Assembly: GCA_020536535.1 (NCBI GenBank) | Contig: JAHLWZ010000571.1 | Location: 1-64,000 of the forward strand | Length of the DNA stretch: 64,000 nucleotides | Direction of reading: 5' to 3' | DNA from: Pelomyxa schiedti | Lineage: Eukaryota; Protista; Evosea | In this document: positions 50,882 to 62,866 of the stretch, piece by piece | Layout of the letters: the number at the start of each line of letters is the position of its first letter | Numbering within the stretch: position 1 is the first letter of the stretch | Program-made: the position numbers and the translations under genes | Notes under the pieces: model-generated | What the model was told of the DNA's origin: nothing | Database searches by the model: none | What the model saw: only the letters and a program-made list of their open reading frames with translations

Positions 50882-51792
50882 ATGAGTTCCTGGTTTCGTA
50901 GCATATTGTTGCGGCTGGGAATAACGAAGCAGCATTTCCAGATCTTGATTATCGGTCTCGATGCCAGTGGCAAAACTACGATAATAAACCACATCAATCC
51001 AAAAAGCTCCACCGTGTGTCAAGCACTTTTTTTGTTTTCTATTCGATATAAAACTTTTAAATTCAACATACGCGTTATGGGGCTTTTTTAGCAACTAATA
51101 CTATGCAAACATTTGTTTGTAAATTTTCTACACCATGCTTATTTTAATAAGTCGCCAGACGACATTGTGCCTACAGTGGGGTTTGAACCTCAATCATTCT
51201 CCAAAAATAATGTAAATTTTACTGTGTTTGATATGGGTGGTGCAGCGAGGTAACCTCTCTTTTTGTTTCACACAAATTCGTTTGAGTCACTAAGTAGAGA
51301 ATAGGTACCGAAGTATGTGGTCACATTACTACGAATCATCCAGTGCCATCGTTTTCGTCGTTGACTCTACTGATAGACTTCGGTTGTGTGTTGCCAAAGA
51401 CGAGCTCTCTGAAGTGCTGAAACACAAAAGTGAATTCTTTACCCAAATAACACTAAGCTAAAACAACCCAACAGGTATTGCGAGGAGGCCTCTTCCTCTA
51501 CTTGTACTCGCAAATAAAAACGATGTAAAAACCGCCCTCAGCGGACCTGAAGTGGCCCAGGCCCTCAGCCTTGACCTCATCAGAGACAAATCGTGGACCA
51601 TCGTGTGTGTACTTCCACTACCTCTTTCAATCGGGAATTCCACAACATTCTTCACCCAATAATCACCCGTTTTTCTAACACCAAACCACACATAACAATT
51701 CTTAACACAATAACAGCTCCACCTGTGCACTCACCGGTGCCGGTCTAGAGGAAGGATTCAGGTGGCTCACAGACAGACTCACCAGTGGTTAG
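50882..51792 (+). CDS. ARL6: ADP-ribosylation factor-like GTPase 6 (BBS3)
   Basis: GLDASGKTTIIN, PTVGF, FTVFDMGG, YRSMWSHYY, VVDSTDRLRLCVAKDEL, ANKND, DKSWTI. Confidence 0.8.
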
Positions 51793-51908
51793 TACTTTGC
51801 CCCTATTCCCTTTGTAAAAAGCAAGAAAGATGTTTTCACCTCACCTCAAAGGTTTCGTTTTTTTCCGTTTATTCGTTTTTCATCAAACAAAACAGTTCTG
51901 GTGTGGTG

Positions 51909-52698
51909 ATGTGGGGAACGAGGCGCTACGTTTTGGGGGTAGTGGCTGTGGCTGCTGTTGGGATTGTGGCCTTTGCTTGGTTCCACCAGTGAGTAATGTA
52001 GTTTTGTTGTCCGTTCTTGTTGATTGTTGTTCATTTGTTGCTGCATGTGCACACAAAACAAACGAACAGCAATCAACATAGTCAAACAAGAAAACAACCT
52101 CCCAAAATTGAATGTAGAAAGAGAGCTCAACCAAACAATGCTGCAGACAACGCAAAAAACCTGTGAGGAAAGTGAGTCTTGGTGTTGTTGGGCTATCATC
52201 TAGACCAATTGCCACGGAATTAGTGAGTCATTCCTTTTCAGCTTCATAAGTGAAAAGCTGAAGTTTGCAAAGGCAAGACTCAACCTGCGACGATTCTTGA
52301 TGAACCCACCAGAGGGCACAGAATTTAGTTCCGTTGTTTCTGGCCTTACTGCCATGGGAATTCCACTTGTGGCATACGAGTATGCTCCAAAGCCATTCCG
52401 CGGAATTCTTAATTTATGATTAGGGAGGCGACAAAACTTGGAATTCCCACCGTCGGGATTGCTTGTTCCAAGGCAAACAATATGCCCTGCTTTCCTTGTC
52501 AGAAACGCGTAATTGTTGGTGTGTACATTCTCTTTGGACTATGCATCTGAACATTTTAAACAAGGGGATAACTGGGGAGATGAGAGCCACACGTTTCTTA
52601 CAAGTATCGACATGCTTGTTCTTGTTGGGGAAGGCGGCAAACAGAGCAATGCGGAGTTCCAAGCCTTCACTGGCCCCAAGTTTCATCTGACACTGTGA
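51909..52698 (+). CDS. Membrane-anchored SLOG-superfamily (LOG/DprA-like) protein
   Basis: N-terminal TM; LGVVGLS, VVSGLTAMGIPLVAYE, LGIPTVGIACSKA, GDNWGDESHTFL..IDMLVLVGEGGKQSNAE. Confidence 0.6.
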
Positions 52699-52730
52699 AT
52701 TTCTGCTAAACATCCAAAACGGAACGGAAA

Positions 52731-54317
52731 ATGAAGGTGACGGTTTTGTTTGCCCTTGTAGTTTTGAGTTGGAACCTTGTCTGTTGTGGGGCGGAGAGGC
52801 TTGTTTTGACAGTAGCATATTGCCCAACTTACTTCACCGGCGAAGGCGCGGTGGTTGATGTGGATCCGTATACAGGCAACTGGACCATAACTGGGTGAGC
52901 ACTTGTTGTTGAGTTCTGTCAATAACTGCGGTTGCAGGAAGTTTTCACTCCCGGCTTCTTTCGAGTGTCCAATACTTATGGATCCCACTGTAACAATTTC
53001 TTCCAAAGATAACCTCTACATGGACTTCAGTAAGCATCATCCCTCTTTCCAATGTTACTCACTCATTGCTACTGCTCTGTAGTCGATGAATTCGGTATTT
53101 TCTTTTGGTGGGCATACTTGGGGTGTGACAAAATTATCACCAGGGCTGCTGCTTGAATTGAACATTCCAGAAATATCTATTGGTAGATCCATCAAGCCCA
53201 TTGGTTCGGACTTGTTTACTGGCTACGAGAATATGGGGTAGGTTCCTTTCTTTTTTGAATTGAGGGATACTTATATACTTCAATAATAGCTACAGTGAGG
53301 AGGAGGATATGATCAAAGGCCTCTCTGTCACTGTGGTAACTTTTCAACCATAGAAGGAAAATAAATCTGGATTACAATTAAAAAACATAATTATTATCAA
53401 GCAATTTACCAGTGCATAAAAGAGAAGAGCTGGAATGTGCTCCAATGGTTGCTTTACTTTTGGTACTCTAAATCCCAATTCAGGTTTGTCAAGACATTTT
53501 AATTACTTATTGACCTCCCTGACCTTACTAGGTGCGTACACTGACCTCCAAGACATTCCATTCAAGGCACTAATGGATGATTCCCATCTGTATGACAGTG
53601 CCAACAATCTGTATTACGTTCAGGTATCAAAATTCAATATAAATTAAAATTGAATTAAAATTGAATTAAAATTTAAAATGTATCACCTTATAGGGTTCGT
53701 ATGACTTACGTGACGCCTCTGAACAATGTGCCCCAGGCTCTGCAGATTTGTGCCTCCTAAAAATCAATGCTGCTGATGGTATTTCTCCCCAGTTTTCCAT
53801 AGAAATCCAGCCACTGAAATTGGCACATCACAGGGTCATTGATGGCGTCAACATACACAAACTACACAGTCGAGAAGTTCCAATCCTCGCACAGCACTTC
53901 CAGCGAAAACACCGCGATTGCATTTGTTGAAGGCTTCTCGAATATATGCCATCATCCATACAACAACTACGCGTTTGCCACAATAGATCTCGAGACTGCG
54001 CAGGCCACATTTTCCGCGTGCATGGATGAGAGTGTCAGTATTGACATGGACCCTTGGATCTCGTCGTTTTCCACAGATCTCACGCTCTTCGCCACTGGTT
54101 CAGGAGATGCCGAAGCCGGCGAAGCGCAGGTGCGCACCCTCTCACCCCCCCAAGTTACTAGTCGTGAGATCTCACCCCAGATCCTCACAACAAACAGGTT
54201 GTAGTGCTTGACGTAGGTACCGGTAAGGCCATTACGAACACTAAACTGGATGGACTGGGCCAGGCACTGCGCGCTGTGTCCGGCCTCTACGATGTTTGGA
54301 GCGTCGACTTTATTTAA
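52731..54317 (+). CDS. Secreted hypothetical protein (multi-exon)
   Basis: Signal peptide MKVTVLFALVVLSWNLVCC; beta-rich exons; many short GT-AG introns. Confidence 0.6.
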
Positions 54318-54461
54318 AAAAAAATGTTTTTTTTTTTTTTGGGAACCGGCCATTACTGTGAGTAGTGGCGGCAATTACTACGAGAAACAATGCAAATGCA
54401 AAAAGAGGGGGCGGTGTTTGCAAAAAGATGGCGGGGTTCGCAATCGAGAGTCTTCTTGACG

Positions 54462-55341
54462 ATGCTCCCGCAACCATTGATGGGTGTGGGGCCGTGGCGT
54501 GTCAGTGACCAGATGAGACAGTGTGAAGGGTGGATCTCTGATCACCTGGTTGTTCGGGTTCGCAGGAGGCGCGAGGGTGGTTGTGTGGCGGTTGGCTGCA
54601 GCGACCCAGCCGGCCTGAGGGTTGCCTTCAAGTTACCTCGGCTAGTGGGGCGCTTTGTCTTCAACAACAAGTGGGCCACCGTCTGTTGATTTGTTCCTTG
54701 GACAAACGGACTGCCACACGTGGTGCACAGATGAGCACTGGAGATATGGGACCCTGTGTGACTGTGGACGTGACTTTGGGCAGTGATTGTTCCCTCTCGC
54801 GGGTGGAATTTACAGAGAGGGGGGAGATTGGGATGAGGCTGCCCGTTGGGTGTCCAAGGTGGGAGAAACATGCCTGCTGTTTTTTGACATCAAAGAAAGC
54901 TATTCGAGTGGTACGCTGTGCATCAAGGAACGTTTGAGGTGCTTCACCCGTGCGGATGGGTTGATGTTCTCCAACACGCACAGGGCCATTGTTAAGATGT
55001 ACCATCCACCAGGCACATCACCAACGTATGACATCCGGAGCCTGGGAGTAAAATCGCACGAGGTTCTGAGGAAGTGCCAGTCTGAACCACAGAAAGTCGA
55101 TGCAAGGCACTTTGTGGAGTATACACATAGAAAGAGGCTGAAGGTTTTCTCAACAGATGACCTTGCTCACCCGTGCAATGTGATCCACAATGATACCAGG
55201 AGGTACTTCCGGTGTGGTGCTGGATTCATTGTGCTACGGGAGCTGGATGGCCGGTTCCTCATCATTGATGCTGCCACTGGCACCGTGCCTATTTCCCCTG
55301 GGTTTGAAAACTATGGCTTGGAAGTTTGGTTCTCACAGTAG
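54462..55341 (+). CDS. Lineage-specific family protein, possibly frameshifted
   Basis: FNNKWATV and VFSTDDLAHP...IIDAATG family motifs; reading frame broken near 54690-54790. Confidence 0.5.
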
Positions 55342-55752
55342 CACAACTAGTGGACTGTCAAGATCAACAAGAGTAACATGAAATCGCCAAAAAAGGGTGC
55401 TGCTTTTTGCCAAAAGAGTTGTGACCAAGAGCAGATGGGAAAGCCGCGCGACTATCAAACAGCACAGGATGGTATTCGAAAACTGAATATTCGGCCAAAA
55501 AACCTTAATCGATGTTCGGATGGCTTGGGTTGCGCCACATGCTTGCTTGTTATGCGAGTACGCACTTTTCATGAAACTAACTTGGTGTTCCCTGCACGCC
55601 GCCTGAACCCTAATTGGGCTTCCAAGTGCTCGTAGAGAGTGTGTATTTCCCTCTGGCTTATCTCTGTTGTTGAACCACCCAGTGGGAACGAACCCATCAC
55701 TCTTTCTACGAAGAGGCAACAACAACAAAAAATAAATTACAGCGGGAGGGAG

Positions 55753-57716
55753 ATGATGCAAGTCGACAGTGCGGCTCCCGAGACGAGATCCGGACCATGT
55801 GGGCCGACGGCCGGGGATGTTCTGGCCAAGGTAACCGGGAGACCCAGGGCGGACGTAGAGGCGGTTTTGGCGGCCCAAGTCACGGAGGAGTCCCTGAGGC
55901 AGCTGCGGCCCGATTGGTCCTCCGTGACCGTGGCACAGCTCGAGGCCGACGTCGCCACGCTCCCGCCGGACGTGGCTGCTGCAGTTTTCTTCTGTGTTAT
56001 TTCTGCCCCTCGTGCGTATCTCATCCCTGCTCCGCTCCCCTCTTTTTTTTTTTTTTTTTTGGTTGTTGTGCGCGAGAGGAGAAGGTTCCTAAGTGTGCTT
56101 TTAGTGTCAGATGTCAACGGACAATTGGAAGCAAAGGAGCACAGCATCTACCAACTTGCCGAAATGTATTCCAAGACGGGGTATGAGCAGCGCACTGAAT
56201 GACTATTTCTAATTAGCTTTGTTTTAGGCGTGGAACCGAGTTGATTGGACTCCTTCAAAAGACCATTCCAGTCTTTGCCTCAATATCAAAGGCCAAGACA
56301 GCAAAAATTGGTATTCTTCTCTTTCCTTCCCCATTGGGAACTCCACATTTATTCCCTGCAAAGTTAGAACAATGTTGGACAAGGTTGCCGGTGTGCAAGG
56401 TTCGGAGCACCTACAGATTATGTTGTGCAAAGAGTGCATTGCATGGACCAATGAAACAAAGCGGACATACCTGCGCCAGAGGCTGCAATTATCACTTTAC
56501 TCCTTGTAAGTATCACAGAAACAATTAATTTTGTTTCCTAAAACCTTGTAGGTATCTGGCAACCAAGGACTATCACGCTGCCCTGACTGGTCTTCAATCT
56601 CTTTTGAAGGAGGTGAAGAGGTTGGACGACAAACCCCTTCTTATGGAGATCCAGCTCCTGGAAAGCCGAATTCACAGAGCTTTAAGAAACATCCCGAAAG
56701 CAAAGGTGATGTTTTAATTCGAGTTTCTCCATTGATTTAACCCATTCAACAAACACAGGCAGCACTGACATCAGCTCGAACCAATGCAAATGCCATTTAT
56801 TGCCCTCCAAAACTTCAAATTGAACTTGACATACAAACTGGAACCATCAATGCAGACGAACGCGACTACAATACAGCGTACGTCTTCTTTTTTTCCTGTA
56901 CTTTATGCCATTTGTTACCTCGAATCCAGTTTCTCATATTTCTTTGAGGCCTTTGAGGGCTATCTCTCTGTCAACGAAAGAGAAAAGGCAACTTTCCCTC
57001 TCAAGTACATGCTTCTGTGCAAAGTCATGACAGCATCGGTATGGAACAAATCAGAAATATACTTTGGTTTAACATTCATGCAAAGCTTGAAGACGTTCAT
57101 GGAATCATCAACAGCAAGTCTGCACAAGCATTCCTCGGGCACCCTGTTGTAAATGCCATGCAAACAATAGCCAAGGCGAGAGCTGAAAGAAAATTACACG
57201 ATTTTACAGCTGCCCGGGCAACATTTAAGAGGGGTATGGGAGAAACCAGTAGATTTTAATCTTAATCCTTAACTTCGTAAAAACAGAATTGGATGATGAC
57301 CCAATTGTGTGCCCTCACCTGGATGAACTTTACAAACGATTGCTTGAGCAAAATTTGTGCCGTATTATTGAGCCGTTTTCTTGTGTAGAAATCGCGCATG
57401 TTGCACATCTCATTAACTTGCCCCTCGAAGTTGTGGAGAAACGGTATTCTTTCTCACTTCCTTTTCTTCACACTAAACCAAAACAGCTTGTCACAAATGA
57501 TTCTGGACAAAAAAATCGAGGGCATTTTGGATCAAGGAGCCGGGACACTCATCTTGTTTGACGATCCCCCAACCGATGTACGTACTCCATTATTCTCGGC
57601 ACACCTTTCGTAACCTTTCACCTCAGAAAACTTACCCAATTGCTCTTGAAGCAATGCAGAGCCTCGGGCACATTGTTGACAGTCTGTATGAGAAGTCCAC
57701 CAAGTTGATGAGTTGA
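55753..57716 (+). CDS. RPN6: 26S proteasome lid subunit Rpn6 (PSMD11)
   Basis: [57 protein letters not shown] domain [14 protein letters not shown]...LSQMILDKK. Confidence 0.95.
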
Positions 57717-58044
57717 ACCAGTTAAATACATCCCCAGCACACCATCACCTCCAACACAAAAGCACATAAATTCTCACAAAAAGAACGAAGAACAAATTTG
57801 ATGATGAGCATTTGAACATTGCGGGTCTTTTTCTTATTAACATTGGGTATGGGTTGTTTTTGTGTGACTGGTGCAGTGTGAGGTTGTGATTTGGTGGGTG
57901 TATCTGTGCAATGGTGGGTGTTTTCTGTGTTGAGTGTGTGGTGTTAGTTCTACAAAATTGTGCCCGTTTTGGGGCCAGGGAGGATTCCAAACCCGGTGCT
58001 AAAATTGACTTGGGAATCCTCCTAGGTCACGTTGGGTTCCGGTA

Positions 58045-61000
58045 TCAGGGTGGCTGTTGCTGGTCATGTTTCTGTCTCTGCTCCTGTGGTTGCTCTACAG
58101 CCGGAGATGTGGAACGCTGAACGCGGTATGTGAAAAGAAGCACTTCAGTGGCCCAGAGCGGTCCTTGTTGTGGGTGGAGGTTGGCTACATTCACTCTCAC
58201 GGGCATGTCACGGATCAGCTGTCTGTTGAGTGATTGTGAGAAAAGAAAGGGAAGTTGAGCAGAGTGATTATGGAGAGAGGACTGTGCAACTTCGGTGGAA
58301 TATGTTATGTTTCTGTAATAACACATAACGAGGAAGGGGGAAGGGATGGGAAAATGTACTGAGCGGGGACAGTGCACTCGAGGTGATTGGTTCCGACGGA
58401 TTTTATGGTAGCTTCTTGGCTTCCAAACAGTACTTTCATGCAATTTTTGTCACCGAGCTTGGAGCCCCATATGCAAACTGGTACATCCTGGGAGGCATAA
58501 CCTTCTGCTGGGTCGAGCTGCCACACTTTCGGTCGTTCTATACGAAGTAAGTGGAAAGACAGAAGGTGGGTGGTGTACTAGTACCCAATGGACATTTCTT
58601 CCTGTTTGATTCCACTCTGTAACAAGTCGAAACTAGTCTTTCCGTCAAATCCCCAGCTCCAAGGTTGTACTTGACCTTGAACAGCAGTCTAAATTTCAAA
58701 TCTCCGGAGGTAGCAAGCATCCTAAGTGCAAAGCTTGCCCTTTTATCCTCGTCCAGAGGTTTGCATTTTGCGGGCGTGTCTAAAATCTCTTGCCACTCTG
58801 GTGACATCTCCTCTCCAGTTTCTGTAGCGAGGTAGACCTCAACAGTACCAGTAACTGTATCCTATAAAGGTACTTAGTCGGGAGTAAAACTTAGAAGGTG
58901 CACACTTCAGTTGAACCAGCCCAGGCAACAATTATGGGATTTGGTAGAATGTATCTGTTTTCATTTTTGTAGGATTTACGTTGAATATCATAGGGCTCTT
59001 GAATGATTCTGAACCGTGCTGGCTGAATAGAAGGCGGAGCCTGTGCACTGTTAGTTACACTTGTCATTACTGTTTTTGATACATTGTTGCTAACCGCTGA
59101 TTTGGTTGGTTTACGAACGTTGCTTACAGGGGATGTAGTCTTAGGAGCAGGATGAGGAACAACAGGAGGGGCGAATGCTAAAAAGGTCCTTTGTAACTTT
59201 CCTACTTCGTCTCTGGCCTGAGGACACGGAGGAAGCACAACCCTTTCAGTTTTGTAATCTGGACTGTCCACAGAGAGTTCCTCCGTATCCGTGTCATCGG
59301 CGTCACCGTTGGACATAGCATCACTCTTGGGGTCACTGCTTTCATTGCTACTTGTCCCCATATTTTCACTTGTCAGTAACTGCCTTACTGGTGTCATTGG
59401 TTTGGGAGCACAGACGAGATTTGATATATCGGCCCGGGATTTCTTCCTGGTAGAGTGTGCCTCAGATATAGCTTCATCCTCAGAATCGATGCCACTGGAA
59501 TTCAGAAGGGGTGTCTGGGGAGATAGGATTTTCTGTTTACGATGGGTGTGAGTTTGCAGAGGATGAAGATGAGGATGAGGATGACGAGAAGCCGGGGGAG
59601 TTTTCTCTTCATTGGTTCTCTGCTTTCGAGTTCTATGTTTGACTTTACGCTTTCCAATAGGGAGTGTCACCAGTTCTCGTTGAGAGAAAGGATAGGGGTA
59701 ACAAGAGTACATGACGGGAACCCCACATAATAAGGGATACTGAGAAAGAAATGAAAGCTGTGATGCATCTGTAAGAGGAAACGCCCCCTGCGCAAGAGAG
59801 ATAGCTTGCATTTGGGGAGGCACTGGGGAGCTTGGGTGTGAGGAATCTGATGCTGATTGGTAATCCTTTGTATCTAATCTTGGAGGCTGCTCTAGGAGTG
59901 GGTGGGAGTCGTCACTTTCTTCAGAAGAATTTGAACCCTGGTCACACGGTATCCCCTCCTGCGCTATGCTCGAAGTATAGGTGCAGTCACTGTGACAAAG
60001 TGGTGAAGAGGGAAGATTGAAAATATCTTGTTCCGATTCAGTCAGCACAAGGGGCAAAGCGTGTTGCTGGAAGAGGCTCTTTTCTGAATCTGTCAATTCT
60101 CTAGGTAATGATCTTGCAGGAGCTTTGTGGTGTTGGCAGTTCGACATTTGGCTGAGGCATGTACAAGGAAGGAGTTTCAGTGCAACCAATTCCGGGTTTG
60201 GTGGGACTAGCATGCGTACAGTCGGGAACGCAGATGCCGCTGCGGTGAATTTAGATGAATAACAAAGATGAAAATACAAACATGAAAGTTGTGCTGGATC
60301 GTTTTGCTGGTCAACAGAGTTGGATGGTATACCTTGGGACTTGGGACCTGGCTTTTCACTTGGGGTTCGCGAGTCCGTCTGGACTGTACCTGAGCGCTGT
60401 AGTTGCGGAATCGGCGCCGTTTCTTGTGAATTTGTTGTACGCCCTCGAGTTGGTGAAGCCTTTTCCATCACTGGTGGTAGAGACCAGCCGGATGGTGAAA
60501 GCAGTGGGTAAGGTGGAATGAAAGCTTTTCCTTGTCGGGCCTGATTAACCAAGCGATTCAAATCGTCTTGTGCTGCTGGAGAGCAACGGTTGCTCAAAGG
60601 TGAAGGAGACGACGAAGAGGCAGAACCGGACTTTGGCGAGTCGTTCGACGACGCCTGTGGGTGCTGGTGCACTGCTCCTGTGCCGCCGAACCAACAACTA
60701 GTAGGATGTTCCACATTAGACAGTGCAGGAATTCCATCAGAATCAACACCGTGGGCGGCCGCGGTCCCGCCGCCACTCCCAGTCCCACTCCCACCTGCAG
60801 TTGCAACTAGGAACGGGTGGGCCTGCGATGACGTCATCATCTGGAGCAACTGCGGCGACGTCATCACCAAGGGCATCGGCATAGACACAGGCATCGGCAT
60901 CGGCACGGAGCCGCCCGAGCACGCGCGGAGGTACTCCTCCACCATCGCCGGCGACGCCACGAAGACGGGCGCCTGGGGGGCGTGTTGCTGAGACTTTTGC

Positions 61001-61506
61001 TTCCTGCGCTTTTTCGCCGGCGTGGCGTTGGCGTGCTCGCCCGTGGAGGGCGCGCCGTTGGAGTTGGTCGCGGCGGCGGCGGTCGACGCGGTGGCGATCG
61101 CGGTAGCCGGCGACGACGCGGAGGAGGGCGAGGCGGCGGCCGAGGAGGAACTAGAAACGGCGGTCGCGGCGGGGGACGCCGACGTCGTGGTCGTAGTGGA
61201 CGTCGTGGTGGTGACCTCCGCGGAGCCGACGAGCTCGGTCGTGTGCGGCAGCACCGGGAGGTGTCGCGGGCGCGCGTCGCGCGGCGGCGCGTCGTCCGCG
61301 CACGCCGACGGCGACGAGGAGGACGGGGACGACGAGCAGGGGAGTGACGTCACCGCTTGCTGTTGGTGCTCTTTTATCGGGGGTATCGGGGGTTCCGGGA
61401 CAAGTTGCATGGCGAAAGCGTCGTTTCGCTTAGGTTGGTGTTCCTCCTCCACGGAAGCAAACCCACTTGGAAGTTTTTTTTTTGTTTTCGCAAAGGGAGA
61501 ATACAA
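58045..61506 (-). CDS. Transcription factor with long low-complexity N-terminus, Rel-homology-like domain and IPT/TIG domain
   Basis: RIIQEPYDIQRKSYKNENRYILPNP followed by IPT-like PKVWQLDPAEG...VCIWG...VLFG...LECTVP...FTY; NLS-like PAKKRRK. Confidence 0.7.
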
Positions 61507-61812
61507 CCTGGTACGGCCCCAGTGGGGTGTTGTGTTCCACGTCCCTTTTGCTTGATTTGTTTGGTTATTGCTGTTTTCGTTGCATTTTGGTATTTTACTG
61601 CTCCGCTTAATTTGGGAGTTTTCCCACCAGATCTACGCAACTCAAAAACCCCGCGACTTCAATTTGTCGAAGGGAGGGAATCAACACCAACTTAGGGTGC
61701 AACCATGTTGCCCTGTGCCCTTGCCTGCAAACGCTTTGTTTGTGTGCGGCACTCTTTTGTTTGGAACTGAACAAAAAATGAGTTGGGTAGGATGCGGTCC
61801 ATCAAATGTGAT

Positions 61813-61894
61813 AAGCTCTCCCAACTGAGCTACCAGCCCCCTCGAGGGGAGCTGACTTGGACTCGAACCAAGGACCCTAAGATCTTCAGTCTTA
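61813..61894 (-). tRNA. Circularly permuted tRNA-Phe(GAA) gene (3' half upstream of 5' half)
   Basis: Minus strand reads TAAGA-CT-GAA-GA-TCTTA GGGTC CTTGG-TTCGAGT-CCAAG TCAGCTC C, spacer cctcgagg, then GGGCTGG TA GCTC-AGTTGGGA-GAGC; all four stems pair. Confidence 0.85.
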
Positions 61895-62866
61895 AAATCG
61901 AAGTATGATGGCACCAATGGCCGCCCAACAAGAATCCGGCATGTAGGCGATGTTTTCTGGCAGGGATTACAGCCCCAAAACTAATTGTGGGTTTTTTAAG
62001 TACCCGTTGGTTTTTCCTAAGATGTATGTAAGATTGCTTAGCCCCATAGCCGTAGCTACTTGTGAACTAATTAGGGGATTAATGTAGGTAAACTGTGTTC
62101 ACCGTTTCATTCCCATTTTCACATTAAACTCCTGCTTAGTAGTAAGCTAAAGACTACATAAATTTAGCAATCTTCTGGGAGAGAGTGCGGAAATGGTTTC
62201 AAAGTTCCAGCCTTTTGTGAAAATTAGTGTTTTTACAATTCCACTATCATACTCCAAACTGGCACTCTCCCACAAATCCCGCGCCTTTGGTTTGGTATGA
62301 GCCATGTGAGTACCAGGTTAGTCATTGAAACTGAAGGTGTGAGGCGCGGAGGTGCTTAAAATAAAATACAGCATCAATCTCAGGGAATCTGCACAGAAGT
62401 ATCTTCTACTGCTGTGGACACGTGGAAGACAATGGGTACCAGTGTGCCATTTGCCCTATCTTTTTTTTGTGGAGTAAACTTTGTGAGAACTTCAAATAAA
62501 TATTTCAAGACACACCTCCTTCAGGGTCACATGAAACTTGGTGCATTAGCCACACAGCACAACTTAGCTTGTTTGTTACAATCAATGAGCCAGCACTTCG
62601 TTGCGGTCAAGCCTTACCTGCAAGCTGCCATGAAGTGTGGAGTTGGGGCACATGCCCATTTTTTTGGCCACCTCAGCCCGCTCCATGCCTCATACCCACT
62701 TGAAGCCAGTTCCTGGACACTTTGGTATTCATTAGTGGTGCATGAGCGGCCGGTATCTAGACGTGACCTGTGCAGGATTGGCCACCTGAACCCAATTGCA
62801 GTTGGTTGCTGTTGTGCTCCCCATCACTGAAACCGGTACGGACGGCGCGTTTTCCGACCATACAGA

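Noticed and set aside
50882-51792. 'ADP-ribosylation factor-like' gene as part of the ADP-ribosylation cluster
   Set aside because: The name is historical; ARL6 is a ciliary trafficking GTPase unrelated to ADP-ribose metabolism.
53641-53680. AT-rich short tandem repeat (aattaaaattg)
   Set aside because: Ordinary intronic microrepeat.
60255-61695. Long plus-strand ORFs (Ala/Gly/Arg-rich)
   Set aside because: Antisense shadows of the GC-rich, low-complexity 5' exon of the minus-strand transcription factor.
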